Source: Mobula hypostoma (taxonomy: Eukaryota). Taken from it: 64,000 nt of DNA. Under the pieces are notes generated by a model that was given only the letters and a program-made list of their open reading frames with translations, ran no database searches and had not been told where the DNA came from. A program made the translations under genes and the position numbers. The DNA lies in the NCBI RefSeq assembly GCF_963921235.1, contig NC_086109.1:35032001-35096000 (forward strand), read 5' to 3'. This document shows, piece by piece, positions 36,855-49,479 of the stretch (position 1 is the first letter of the stretch; every line of letters begins with the position of its first letter).

Positions 36855-37226
36855 CTGTCAGCTGGAACCAGTCTGGCCATTGTCCTCTGACCTATTTCTC
36901 ATACACGAAGCTCTTTTGCCCAGAGAACTGCCACTCACTGGCTCGTTTTTGTTTCCTGCACCATTCTCTGTAAACTCTAGAGACTGCATGAAAATCCCAG
37001 GAGATCAGTAATTTCTGAGATATTCAAACCACTCCATTTGGCACTAATGATCATTGCATGCTCAAAGTCACTTAGATCATATTCCTTCCCCATTCTGATG
37101 CTTGGTCTGAACAGCAACGGAACCTCTTGACCTTGTCTGTATATTTTTATGCATTGAGCTGCTGCCGCATGATTACCAGATTAGATATTTGCTCTAACAA
37201 GCAGGTTTATAGGTGTACCTAATAAA
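36855..37226 (-). mobile_element. Tc1-like transposon 5' fragment (different family from 30099)
   Basis: Ends in aggtgtacctaataaa (partial TIR); recognisable fish Tc1 5' region. Confidence 0.6.
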
Positions 37227-37239
37227 TACGTCCTTTCTG

Positions 37240-37820
37240 TGTTTTCCTTCCAGTCCACTCATGACTCTTTTGCACTTGATTATATCTTCCCTCAGCCTCT
37301 TCTGATTTAAAGAAATCCTACCCAATCTGTTTTTCGTGATCTCTACTGTTGCTCACTTTTTAAATCTCTTCTTTGCCTTCTCCAATGAGATAACATCTTT
37401 TCTGTAATATGATGACCAAAATACAACTACTCAACTCTCCCTAGCTAATATTGTTTACAGTTCTTTCATTACTTCCATGCTCTTGTGTTTCATACTTTGG
37501 AAAATAATGAATAATACATTTTATGCCCTTTTAAGCACCTTTTTGCATTGATCTGCTGTTTTAAAGTTTTTTGTGTACATACATTCCAAGGTTCCTCAGT
37601 TCCTTCTTTCAGTCAACTATCTCACATCCATCACTGTATATTAATTTGCATTCTTGTACTTCTCCAAGTGCTTTCCTCCATGTTTTTCTGAATTAAACTC
37701 CACTGATCGTTTTCCAATCCAGCTGGCCAGACTATTTATATTCCTTGGCATAAAACATTTCTCCTTACTCTCACTCACAGTTTTTGTCTTGCTGCTTATC
37801 ATGCCTCCTACCTTTAGGTC
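37240..37820 (-). mobile_element. Decayed CR1 fragment (continues about 38750-39260)
   Basis: VEFNSEK, NYRPI and SCLTNLTELF motifs. Confidence 0.6.
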
Positions 37821-37822
37821 TA

Positions 37823-38744
37823 TGAGGGGTGATTCGTGGCCTAAGGTAGAGGGAGTCAATTTTAGAATACCTAGCACATTTATTTTTCCTACATTTACAC
37901 ACTTACTCCAGCAGTTTTGGAGATATAGTGGATAGCCAGTGCCTCTTCCCCAGGGCACCACTGCTCAATACAAGAGGACATGGCTCTAAGGTAAGGGGTG
38001 GGAAGTTCAAGGGGGATATTAGAGGAAGGTTTTTTACTCAGAGAGTGGTTGGTGCGTGGAATGCACTGCCTGAGTCAGTGGTGGAGGCAGATACACTCGT
38101 GAAGTTTAAGAGACTACTAGACAGGTATATGGAGGAATTTAAGTTGGGGAGTTATATGGGAGGCAGGGTTTGAGGGTCGGCACAACTTAGTGGGCCGAAG
38201 GGCCTGTAATATGCTGTACTATTCTAAACACATACGGATCCCTTCTTTGTAGAAGTCGGCGTCTTGGACCTCCAGAAGTGGTCCACAGCAGGGGTGATTG
38301 ATAAGTTCGTGACCTAAAGCAGAAGGAGGTGAGGAGAAACTTCAAACTTTCTACATTTTCACTCAAAGAGTTGAATTGCACGTGTGTGTAACAAGAACTG
38401 TATAACTCATCTCCTTCTACCTTAGGCCACAGGCTTATCAATCAGCCCTGCTGTCGATCACCTGGAGGTCCAAGTCGCTCTCGTTACGTGCACATGCAGT
38501 TCAACTCTTTGAGTGATTATGCAGAAAGTTTGAAGTTAATAACTTACCTCCTTTTACCTTAGGCCACGAACTTATCACTCACCCCTGCTGTGGACACTTT
38601 CTGGAGGTCCAAGATCCGTATGCTCCACGACCGCTGGACTAAGTGTGTAAATGTAGGAGGGGACTAAGTTGAAAAATAAATGTGCTAGGTTTTCTAAAAT
38701 TGATGCCTTCTACCTTAGGCCAGTAACTTATCAATCAACTCTCG
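37823..38744. mobile_element. Non-autonomous palindromic mariner derivative with internal TIR copies
   Basis: TA|TGAGGGGTGAT...ATCAACTCTCG|TA; both arms carry the transposase C-terminus (RWTKCVNVGG..VEK); extra TIR-like copies at about 38290, 38410-38450 and 38550-38587. Confidence 0.8.
37922..38229 (+). mobile_element. CR1 3' fragment inserted in the mariner left arm
   Basis: TRGHGSKVRGGKFKGDIRGRFFTQRVVGAWNALP plus CR1 3'UTR. Confidence 0.9.
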
Positions 38745-41119
38745 TAAATGATTAAAATGTATTACACTAAGCATGGAGCTGAGTATTCAACTTTTTGAAA
38801 CCACACTTGTCACAACCTTATCAGATATAAAAATATTCATTAACCATGATCTTTATTTACCTGCCACAAGCCTATATTTATTCCAGCTCGTCTTGCTCTC
38901 ATAAATTCCATGGGCTCTTACATTTGTGATCACTGCGTCATTTGGGACTTATCAATAGCCTTATTGAAATCCATATTGGCTACATCAAGCACATTGCTCT
39001 TATTCTGTTCCTTTTTATTGGCCTAAACAATTCGGTCAAGTTTGTCAGGCATGACCTTATTGTAACAAATGCACCCCCAACGTCCCTAATCAATCTATAC
39101 TTCTCTGAATGAAAGTTTATATTATTCTTTGCATGAATTTCCAGTATCTTGTATGCGTTGCCATGAATTCCAATAATTTGTCCTCTAATTGGCCTGTAAT
39201 TATTTGATTCATCTTTTGCTTCTGTCCATAAAGAATGATACAACATTCACAGTCCTCCAGTTCTTCAGTACATTTCTGTCTCCATAGAAGATTATAGTCA
39301 CGTGTTGGCTTTTTTAAAACAGCCTGGAGATAAATATTTTGGATTTTTTTTGTGTGCTCTGGTGTCAATAGAATAGAAAATTGATCAGAGTATAAAGAAG
39401 TGGTGAAATATTGCCAATATCTTATACTTCAAACATGGCTTGGCATTTTGATCAAATCTGTGTTTACTGACTAACCCAAAAGATTTCCAGACTGACCTAC
39501 GCAAACATTGTTATCCAAACTTGACATTTTCTGTTGATATAGATGGCTAAAAAGGAATGAAAAGATGTTCTCTGAGAAAATTGTGGATTCTATTAATCCT
39601 TTATATTTTTCTTCTATCATGGCAGCAAATTTCATGAAGTATGTGTTAATAGGGGCAGGGGTGTTATGCATTTAAATATTGCGTGTGAAGAATAAATCTT
39701 TTAAAATAGCACAAATGCGCTAATCAATAATGAAACAGTAAATTCTTGAAATTCACATATCTAAAGAGAAAGATAAGTTCTTAAATAAAACTTTTATCCA
39801 CTCTTTTTTTATCTGTTACTGGTCAGTCTGCTATGTATTCCAGACCCTGTAGTTGTGACTTTGTAAGACTTGTAAGTGATATGCATTGAGCAACACCCCC
39901 TTTCACTATCGTATCCTCTTTTGTTTCTAAGTGGTCTAATAATGGATTACAAGCATGTTCACACTCTCGCCTGATGAATGTAAAAAATATTGTCCCACAT
40001 ACAGTTCATAAAAATGGAGCTCCAAATGTTAGACATCTGCAGCTGCTCTGATTTATGCTACATTTCCCGGAATGCTCCATCTAGCAGTCAGCACAGCAAA
40101 ATTAATGAAATATGTGAAGTAAATGATAAATAATAAAAGCAAAGATAGATGTTTACATCGTTAGGTGTTGTATCAGGTTTTCTTTGAAATGTGCTTTACA
40201 TATTACTTTAAAATCAATGACATCTTGACAGCTTTTGGAACAAACGTTCATTCACACAGGAAAATATGCTGTAACAGGAGATACTTTGGAATGCTCCTGC
40301 CCATTTGTTTCGCAGATTATACGGGAATATTCTCATTGACACAACTCATGCAAGGGTTCCTGTATGTAACGAGATAATTTTCTCTACAAATTGCTCTGTG
40401 TGATTGCTGCTGGTGCTGAACATGACATAGCTTGATGTGAACTACTTGGAAGAGTTGTGAGAGAGGAATATTGGTGGGGACACTACTTTGCTGATGGTGA
40501 CATTGAGTTTGCAGTGGCAGAGGTAGGCCTTCCAAGAGAAGACTGGAACTTTTGGATACAGATGATTTCACCTGGGTAATAAGCCAAACTCCATTTTATT
40601 GTTATATTACAGAATTCCATCAATGTTTTCTTCGATACATTCCACTGTAAAAAATGTGTTGCAGTAAACATTTTTGTTGCAATTGAGGAGAGCAGATCTC
40701 ATCTACTAGCGTTAGTTTTCTATCTGTGCTCCAGCTTCTTGCTTCACCACATGGTGAGTATGGCGGAAGCCCTGGTAGCAGACTCGAGCTACACGCCCAT
40801 TGTAGCCTCCATGTGCTTTGGTTCACACATTCTATATGCTTCAAGTCACACTTTCAAACATGTACTATGCTTGAATGAATTAGTGATTGATTTCACACAG
40901 TTCTTTCTCACAGTGCTTAAAAGGCACAATTACATTTCCAGGCCTGTAAATCCCTGTTTCGAGTAATTCATCAATCTGTTACCAATATGTGGAATTATTT
41001 GGCTGACAATTGTAATTGCTTTATTGCAGTTATAATAAGTTCATAAATACCAATATCTTCAACAGCTCTGAACAAAGTGGAATCAACATGAATTTTTTCT
41101 TAAATATGGGCCTATACTC

Positions 41120-41500
41120 AATGAAGGGTGATGCCATTGAAGCCTATTGAATGTTGAAAGGCCTCAGTAGAGTGAACGTGGTGAGGATATTTTCTAAGTT
41201 GGAGGAGTCTTGGATCAGAGGGCATAGCCTCAGAATAGAAGGGCATAGAAGAGATGAGGAGCAAATTCTTTAGCCAGAGAGTGGTATATGTGTGGAATTC
41301 ATTGCCACAGGCCACTGTGGAGGCCAAGTCACTGGGTGTATTTAAGGCAGAGGTTGATAGATTTTTGATTAGTCAGAGAATGAAAGGATATGGGGAGAAG
41401 GCAGGAGATTGGGGCTGAGAAGGAAAAATGGATCAACAATGATGAAATGGCAGAGCAGATCAGATGGGCTAAATGGCCTAATTCTGCTTATGGTCTTATG
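41120..41500 (+). mobile_element. CR1 3' fragment
   Basis: ttctttagccagagagtggt...tggaattcattgccacag; ends tatggtcttatg. Confidence 0.8.
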
Positions 41501-42208
41501 AAAAGTAAAATTTCTGCTTTAGATCAGATGAGAAAATTGAGTCCAATTCACATCAAATTGCTTTGGTTAGATCAGGGTTCAAACTTCCTCCAAAATTGTA
41601 ACCATGATGTTAAATCATTCCTTAACCACAGTGATAGGACATGCTAAAGAGGTAACCAACTTTCAGTTTGTATTAATATTGCAGAAAGTCAGACAAATGA
41701 ATATAATAAACATTTTTAATGGAAGTGTGTAAACCACTGAAAAATGATACACAAAAACTCTCTTAAACCATGTGATGATTGTGTTGGCATTCATAGTATT
41801 TAGTATATGTTATGAATCTCTGTACATTTCTGCCTGTGAGCTCAAAGAAATTAATACAATTTGGCAGGCCTTCCTCACCCAGAGAAATAGATGAAATCAT
41901 ATAGTTTTCCTTAGGCAATTGTCAGTGTACTGAATTTATCTGATTTAGATAAATTGAATCATAATCTGAGAAATTGATCATGGGAAGTGTGAAGATATGG
42001 TGCCATGAGGAATAATTTACAATGTTTCAAATTCTCTATATCCTGTATTCATTCAGCTGATCTCATCCACATTATAATGATATAACTCGTTGGCATTTCA
42101 CATCAGCATGCTTTAACTTAAGACAATTCCCATTTTTATTATTAATTATGTCTTCTCCATTCTATTTGTTCCGGTTCACTTCTGAATTACATGTAAGTCT
42201 TCCTCAGT

Positions 42209-42352
42209 TTATGAACCTGTGTACAGTCCATACACACGAGCGAGCATTTGGGAGACCAGCAGGGTGAATTTGCTGATTGTTGTGGGGCTGCCGGCTGAGA
42301 ACTCGGTTCCAATTGTTTGAACTCTGAAACACTGCTGTAACCTGCGGAGGAC
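42209..42352 (-). CDS. Candidate terminal coding exon of an unidentified host gene (VLRRLQQCFRVQTIGTEFSAGSPTTISKFTLLVSQMLARVYGLYTGS*)
   Basis: Acceptor cctttctcattgcag|G, 47 codons then TAA, minus-strand AATAAA at 42135-42140, unique sequence that is more GC/CpG-rich than its flanks. No homolog recognised. Confidence 0.45.
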   Translation of the reverse strand, partial: VLRRLQQCFRVQTIGTEFSAGSPTTISKFTLLVSQMLARVYGLYTGS

Positions 42353-42524
42353 CTGCAATGAGAAAGGACTGTTACTGAGAACAACATTAAGAAATATACA
42401 TTTGCAATAAGCTCCTCCGTTATATTCATGCCAAGAGACAAGGCCCATACTCGGTTAAAACAGGGAAATATTTGTTAACTTGCTGTGGAGGAGAAAGAAG
42501 CCCATTATCTTTAAGGATGTGACA

Positions 42525-42812
42525 GAAAATAGAAGAGCACAGTATGGGAAAAGGCTGTTCAGCCCACAATGTTGCACCAAACTAATTAAGTTATTAATAA
42601 AATGCCCAACTAAATTAATCCTTTCAGATTACAAAATGTTCGTATCGTTCCATTTCCACCCCATTCTTGTGCCTGTCGAAGAACCTCTTGAATGCCTCAT
42701 CCTATATGTCTTCAACACCACCCCACTCAGGTAGTGTACACCAGGCACCCATCACTCTCTGTGTGAAAAAAAAGTTGAATTGCACATCTACTTAGAACCT
42801 TTCCATTCTCAC
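42525..42812 (-). mobile_element. CR1 3' tail fragment
   Basis: aggctgttcagcccacaatgttg...catcactctctgtgtgaaaaa. Confidence 0.6.
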
Positions 42813-42814
42813 CT

Positions 42815-43680
42815 ACAGGTACAGCAATCAGGATGGCTCTTCAACAGGGAACTAAAGCTGTCCAATGCATTGTTGACACCAACCTACCTATCATCAAGGA
42901 CATACATACAAAAAGTTCTGGAAAAAAAAGCTCAGTTCTATCATGAAAGATCCCACCCACCCTGCTTATGGATTGTTTGACCCACTCCCATCAGGGAAGA
43001 GGCTACGTAGCATCCATGCCAGGACCACTAGGCACAATAACAGTTACTTCCCCAAAGCCATCAGGCTGTTCAGCACTTCTACACATTTACCCACCCCACC
43101 ACCACTTCATGTGAGGCGCGTGGCCAAGTGGTTAGGGCATTAGGCTCACAATCTGAAGGTCGTGGGTTCGAGTCTCGGCCGGGGCAGCGTGTTGTGTCTT
43201 TGAACAAGGCACTTAACCACACACTGCGCCAGTCCACCCAGCTGAAAATGGGTACCGGCAAATGCTGGGGGTTAACCTCACGATAGACCGGCCCCACCAT
43301 TCAGTGGGGAGTCTCGTACTCTCAGAAACCGGCATAAGCACTGGCCTGATGAGCTACAAGGCTCAGGACAGACTTTAACTTTATCCACCACTACATAGAT
43401 ATCAGACACTCCTCTCCAGAGCCCCTCAGCAAATTTCATCCCACCATCCAGTGCTATCTTACGCTTAAACTCCACACCTCATCTCTACCCTGACACAGTC
43501 ACTGTCCCTCTGTGTTTTCATATGTCATGCTGTGACCTAGAAGAATTTCTCTTGCCAAGAGTCACTTTGTCACTTTATCATTTCCTGTCAGTCACCTTAT
43601 GTACAGGTAATCGTGCACCTAGCATCACTTTATGGACATAAAGGCAGTCTATACATATAAGCTAATCTTGAGTATATATA
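42815..43680 (+). mobile_element. Rex/Babar-like 3' fragment split by the SINE at 43113
   Basis: KDPTHPAYGLFDPLPSGKRLRSIHARTTRHNNSYFPKAIRL. Confidence 0.8.
43113..43382 (+). mobile_element. tRNA-derived SINE
   Basis: A box TGGCCAAGTGG, B box GGTTCGAGTC, head shared with 19817 copy but different body and tail. Confidence 0.85.
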
Positions 43681-43779
43681 GTCACACTCAAACGTCCATT
43701 TCTGTCCCTCTCTCAACCAAATCTCTGTTATAGCCACAATATCATAGTTCCAAGTACTAATCCATGTTCTTAAGTTATC

Positions 43780-44712
43780 GTCGTTGTTGTCGTGGCTATC
43801 CCTCGAGGTCGAGGATGATGGTCTTCATTCTGTTGACCTACTTATGGGCTCTCAAGTGGCTTATGAGTCCAAGCTTGACTTTGAAAGTTCTTCCGCATTC
43901 AGGACAGGTAGTTTCAGATGGCAGATTGGGCTTTGGTTGTTGCTGCTTCTCTTTCCATTTTCTTCTCTTTTCTTCTAATTCTGCACATCTGTTGGCTTCG
44001 AAAGTTGCTGTTCCTTCTCAGATGTTGGCTTGCCAGAGTTTCCTGTACTTGGTATTAGTTTCCCAATTGTTGATATCGATGTTACATTTCTTCATGTTGG
44101 CTTTTAAGACGCCTTTGAATCTCTTCTGTTGTCCGCCTCTTTTATGTTTGCCTTCTTTAAGCTGGGTGTAGAAGATTTGTTTCAGCAGACGTTCGTCCTT
44201 CATCCGAACAACATGACCGCTCCATCTTAGTTGGTTCTTGATGACGTAGGATTCAATGCTTGTTGTTCTTGCTTTATTTAACACACTGACATTGGTTCTT
44301 CTATCTTCCCAGCTGATATTTAAGATGTTTCAAAGACAGCATTGATGGAACTTTTCAAGTGCCTTCAGATGTCTTCGGTATGTTGTCCAGGTTTCTGATG
44401 CATACATGAGCGTTGGGATCACCACTGCTTTATACACTCACATTTTGGTGTCTGTTCAGATGTCACGATCATGAAAGACTCTTGTTCAGAGATGTCCAAA
44501 AGCTGTTCCAGCGCATTTAAGACGACGTTGGATCTTGTCATTAAGGACTACAGTGCGTACACGAAACTTGGACTTACCATCAATTCCAAGAAGACGCAGA
44601 TCATCTATCAACTATCATCAATTGAGACAAATTGGATAGAACCATCATTTCAACTTGGCGAAACAACTCTGGAAAACGTGGACCACTTTCCGTATCTTGG
44701 AATTCACCACTC
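43780..44712 (-). mobile_element. RTE (BovB-like) LINE 3' end with inverted 5' segment, inserted in a CR1 remnant
   Basis: QLRWSGHVVRM..RLLKQIFY on minus; KLGLTINSKKT...VDHFPYLG on plus (44533-44712); 11-bp TSD CTTAAGTTATC at 43769-43779 and 44713-44723. Confidence 0.9.
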
Positions 44713-45087
44713 CTTAAGTTATCACACTTACCCCTAATATTCCTTGCATTAAAATGCTCACATTTCAACTCATCCATGTGTCCATGATCTTGCTCCTGCC
44801 TATCCTTACGGGTCATGACATCTGCTTACCTCTCAATTCCTCCACTTCCTGACCTGATGGTTCTCAAGCTAGTTTAAAACCTCCAGACCAACACTTGTGA
44901 AGCTCCTGGTAAGGACATTGCTTCCCCTCCAACTAAGTTGCACCCATCCCACTTGTTCACATCTTCACCCTCTTTGATGGTACAAGGTATGATATTTTTT
45001 TCTCCGCTTTAAGGAAAACAATTACATATCTTTACAGATAAAAGATATTCAGTAATCACTTCATGACCAACCTAAGATGATAAGGCA

Positions 45088-45697
45088 GCATTCCACCTCT
45101 CCCGGAAGTTCCGGGAGTCTCCCGCATATTAATAGCGGCTCCCTGATGCCCGCAAATTATATACAATATCCCGGAAATCAATTTTTTTGAGAGCGAGCAA
45201 GAGAGAGAATGTGAGAGTGAGAGAGAGAGCGCACGAGGGAGTGTGAGAAAGAGCAAGAGAGAGCGAGAAAGCGAGCGCAAGAGTGACCACGAGAGAGAGA
45301 GCAAGAGAGCGAGTGCGCACGAGAGAGAGAGAGAGAGCGCGCCATGGCAGAGTGTTCCAAAAAAAAGAAAGTATAAAACGTATGTCACCCCAGACTACCC
45401 TAAAGTGTACCCCTGCCTAATAGGGGTCAAAAATAATGACAGTGTTGCTCACTGCACTGTTTGCAACAGTGACTTTTCTATCGCCCGTGGTGGGTTAGGA
45501 CTGTAAAAGACATGTTGAGGTGAGTTTAACAGGTGTCATTCATTTATTAGCATAGCTAACGTTATTTAAACTAGCTGGCTAGCTGCTAAGGAGCTACTCT
45601 ATTGCAGACATCCCACCTCTCCCGGAAGTTCCGGGAGTCTCCCACAAATTGATGGTGCTACCTCCCTGAAATGAGTTTTTGCAGGGTGGGATGTCTG
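45088..45697 (+). mobile_element. hAT-type non-autonomous element retaining transposase first exon (BED-like zinc finger)
   Basis: 8-bp TSD ATAAGGCA (45080-45087, 45698-45705), TIR CAGACATCCCACC/GGTGGGATGTCTG, PKKRKY...AHCTVCNSDFSIARGG..CKRHVE then GTGAGT donor; GA microsatellite. Confidence 0.8.
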
Positions 45698-47721
45698 ATA
45701 AGGCATTGTAATTCACTTCCTATAGGCTCTAATCTTTCTTGCTTGAACATATGCGTCATTAGAAGATAATAAATACCAACTCCGAGACGAAAGGATGGTG
45801 ATCAATTTCTTCAGATTTCACAATTCCTGTATAATCTTTATATGCTTTACAGATCCCGGCCTTTGTTTCAGGTCTGGTGGACTCATGTCTAGAGCATTCT
45901 TTTGTTCACCGAAGGCCTTAGTTACCATGGATATAGCCCAGGAGCATACCCTGTCACCCTGCTACCATGGTGACAGACCTTGAGTATATCAATGTAAAGA
46001 TTGCTGTGGTTTTGTAACTTGCTGTGATGGTGGAACTTCCAGTATCTGATTGTTTCCTGTGCCGTATTGTTGAGTCTACTAGCTCAACTACCTAATCATG
46101 GTCTAACTTAACCTGGTGGGAGAGAAACATGCTTTTCACACAAAATGCATTATCACACAAAAAGCAAGTTAATCCTGCATGTTATTCCGCACTTCCATGT
46201 TGCTCAGCTTCATATTGCACAAAATGGAAATAAGTGAGGAGCTGTTCAAAATATAGACTGCCAGTGATCTAATTATGGAAATATGTCAATGTTGAATTAC
46301 ATGACTTGGTGAAATCTATGTTTAGATCAATAGGTCAGCCATCATCATTGACATTTTGCTTCTCATTGTGAGGTCCTAAATAACCAATACATGCCAACTA
46401 CTACATAGAAAGCAGAATGCTCACTTTATATTAGGTTTTTGAGATGAGGAATGATTTACTCTATACTTTGTTGGATTTATGGTTCTATCATTTTGTAAAT
46501 CGTCGGGCTTAAGGTACATTGGCTATGAACAAGTAGACCCCTCTGTATCTGTGCAGCACTGACTCACCTTACTGGCATGCACAGAAATAATTATAACTTG
46601 TCAAAACTGACAAGACTCCGGTTTACTATTTATTATCTCCAATCATTCAAGGAAGAAAGATTAGAGCCGAGGAGATTTAGGCTAAAATGCCTATGACGGT
46701 GATTCAATATTACTGTTTCATTGGTTAAATAGGGTGGTTACTGAGATTCTGAATAATTGGACAGTATAAAAAATTTACGTAATTTCCATTTTGCATATCT
46801 CATCACAAAGAGGTATCTTCCGCCTCACAGAAGTCTTCAAGTATTTATATTTTTATAGTACTTGTTTTATCTGGTGTCTCTGAAAAAAAATGGGTGAAGA
46901 TTTTATGTACGCTAAGTTACCAGTGAAATTTTATGTTGCACTAAGTTATGAGTGAGATACGAATAACCAGAAAATGGTTTTAGAGAGTACTACAGCTCTA
47001 TTCAACTAAACTTACACAGTTGTGCTGGGTTATGCGGCCAAAATACAGAAAATAGGGTTTAAGCTTAATTGTGATAGAAAATAAATGTTTAGAGTTTATT
47101 GAGTTGATGAACAAGTATACTGTATGTACACACAGGTGCATTGAAGAGTATACTTGCAACAGCATCACGGGCAACTAGATTCACAAGAAAAACATAATTT
47201 AAGCATAAAGTAGTGGGAGGTTCTCTTTATATAAACTGCTCAGATGTAAGGAATTTAATGCAATACCAAAATACTGCTCCTGTTCCCACATGATTTGCCC
47301 TTCATCATGAGTCTGCTGTTGTGGTACAATATTGAATACTTGTGATATTATTGAATATTCATGTTACTTTTTTCTACTGTTTTGTTTGCTCCATATTGAT
47401 GTTAAATTTAAGATTTACCTAGGGGAAAAAGTAAAACAAAAATACTTCCAATTGTATTTCTTGAAAAATTTCAGAGAGATAATTCAATACTTAATAAGGA
47501 CATTTAATCAGTGTCAATCAACTATTGGAAAACTAATGGTATATTCTTGGAAAACAGGAAATATATATATAAATAAGAATATATATCCAATACTATTTTA
47601 TTGAAGATAGATTTACGTAGCTTTCTTAAGAAGAGTAAATTCTTTGGCAGAAATTTGACATTTAAAAGCAATTCGCTGGAAGTGGCAATAAAGTCCAAGT
47701 GAAATTTATTGCTCAAAAATA

Positions 47722-47852
47722 AAATACTGTGGATGCTGGAAATCTGAAATGAATCAGATCTGATGAAAGGTCATTGACCTAAAACATTGGGCTCTCTAAA
47801 CAAGTCTGGATTGACTTGTTGAGAATTTTCAGCAGTTTATTTTATTTCAGAT
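47722..47852. repeat. Short decayed Penelope-tail palindrome
   Basis: aatactgtggatgctggaaatctgaaat ... ctgatgaaaggtcattgacctaaaac ... atttcagattt. Confidence 0.5.
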
Positions 47853-48959
47853 TTATTGACCAACCATATCAGCCGTCTGAGAAGGCAAAAGGGTCCATAA
47901 GTCATTTTATTAATATTAGAAATAGAGATACTGGGTTTCTTCAAATGGTACTGGAATCACATTTGGATTCATCTCAGGTGCAGAGACATTTAGACTTCCA
48001 TATTTTATATTTAATGATCCTAAAGAAGCATCCCAAATACAATTCATATCCTGCTTCTAATAATCGATGGTATCTTGAAGCAGTAAATTTGTATGCGTTT
48101 GATATTTTCATTGATTCAACAACATGAATCATATCTTATTTAAGAGTTGTAGTATAAGGGAACTTTTGCATTTATCTTAATTATATTGTGATTCCAGTTG
48201 CCTCCACATTAAGCAAACCTCTTCAGATAAGTAAAGGGCTGGAATATTTGCACTCTTGCTACTCAGCAAAATTTACCTGAATTTGGCAAAACCACTAAGA
48301 TAGATTTCCAAATTTTAAGGGAAATTACTCTGGTAACACATTGCATTTTCACAGTCTTGTGTGCCAGTGTAAAGAGCACTAAAGCAGAAGCCTGGCCTGG
48401 CCACAAAAATGGACATACACGCAGTTTGCTTTATTAATCTTCAGCAGGAGTTCCTGTTAATTGTGTTCATTTGCAGGATTTATTAGGCTGCTAAACTTAA
48501 GTTAGTAATTTTTGGCACTGAATTTGAGCAGACACATTTGGATGTGTTTGACTATTTTAACTTTCTAAATGCCCATTGGCACTATGCCCCTAATGGCTCT
48601 GAGAATTAAAATTATGTCATTTAACGAGTAATGACACATATTAAAGTTGCTTAATTTCAATGATAAATCCATTTTCAGTTACATTAATAAAATGTCATTC
48701 TCAATGAATTTGAAGCAACTTCTTTGAGCTTAAAGGGTTTCGCCAAGTGCCAGTCAAGTGCTCTTTGTTTTATGGCGCTTTTCTACATTTTGTGGCTGCC
48801 TTTACTAGCACTCTTCTGAAAATTAAACATTATAAAAATGGTGCAATAATTTGCATAGTTTGTTCTTGAATGATTGATCATGCCCAAATGAGACATTTTA
48901 CTGCATAGTGCTAACTGATCACAAGTCAATGAATATGTTGTAAAAAAAATCACTCCCTA

Positions 48960-49150
48960 TTTTGTACATAGTTTTTTTCTTTTGATTGTTCTTTCTTTCC
49001 TCTCCTTTCTATAAGTGTATACCTCAGATAAATATTATGTGGAGATTTGTGAAAAATATGATTAAATGATATCTATGTACAGTATCTGAAATACATCTTA
49101 TGGAAATGTTTGATGATGAACTATAATAAAAATAAATTACAAAAGAATAA
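48960..49150 (+). repeat. Probable LINE (L1-like) 3'UTR with A-rich tail
   Basis: T-rich UTR, AATAAA and A-rich end. Confidence 0.35.
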
Positions 49151-49479
49151 ATGTTTAAACTTGTAGCTAAATTCAAATAATTAAAAAAATTGCCAAATGA
49201 CTTTTGTCTTTAGCAGCTATTTCTCTTCATTGCAACGAATGGACTTCCCACCAGCTCCAACCCAGTGCAAGTTTGAGGATAGATTCCTAGGTTTCTCAGA
49301 GCTGGTGATGGGGGATTTGCCAGAAATTTAGTTGCCAGTGGTTATGGCCCATTTAATTCAGGATTTTTGGTGTGATATTCCAAAACATGGTGCTCTTACC
49401 TTGGGAATTGCCTGAATTTTACCGGGAGTTCTGACCTTCAGCTTTCTGTTCTGATCAACATGAATTTGAAATTTCCTCA

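Noticed and set aside
43113..43185. Possible tRNA gene (also 19817-19880)
   Set aside because: A and B boxes are present but there is no complete cloverleaf, and each continues into a SINE body.
45129..45388. Ser/Leu-rich or Arg/Glu-rich ORFs
   Set aside because: Translations of a GA microsatellite inside the hAT element.
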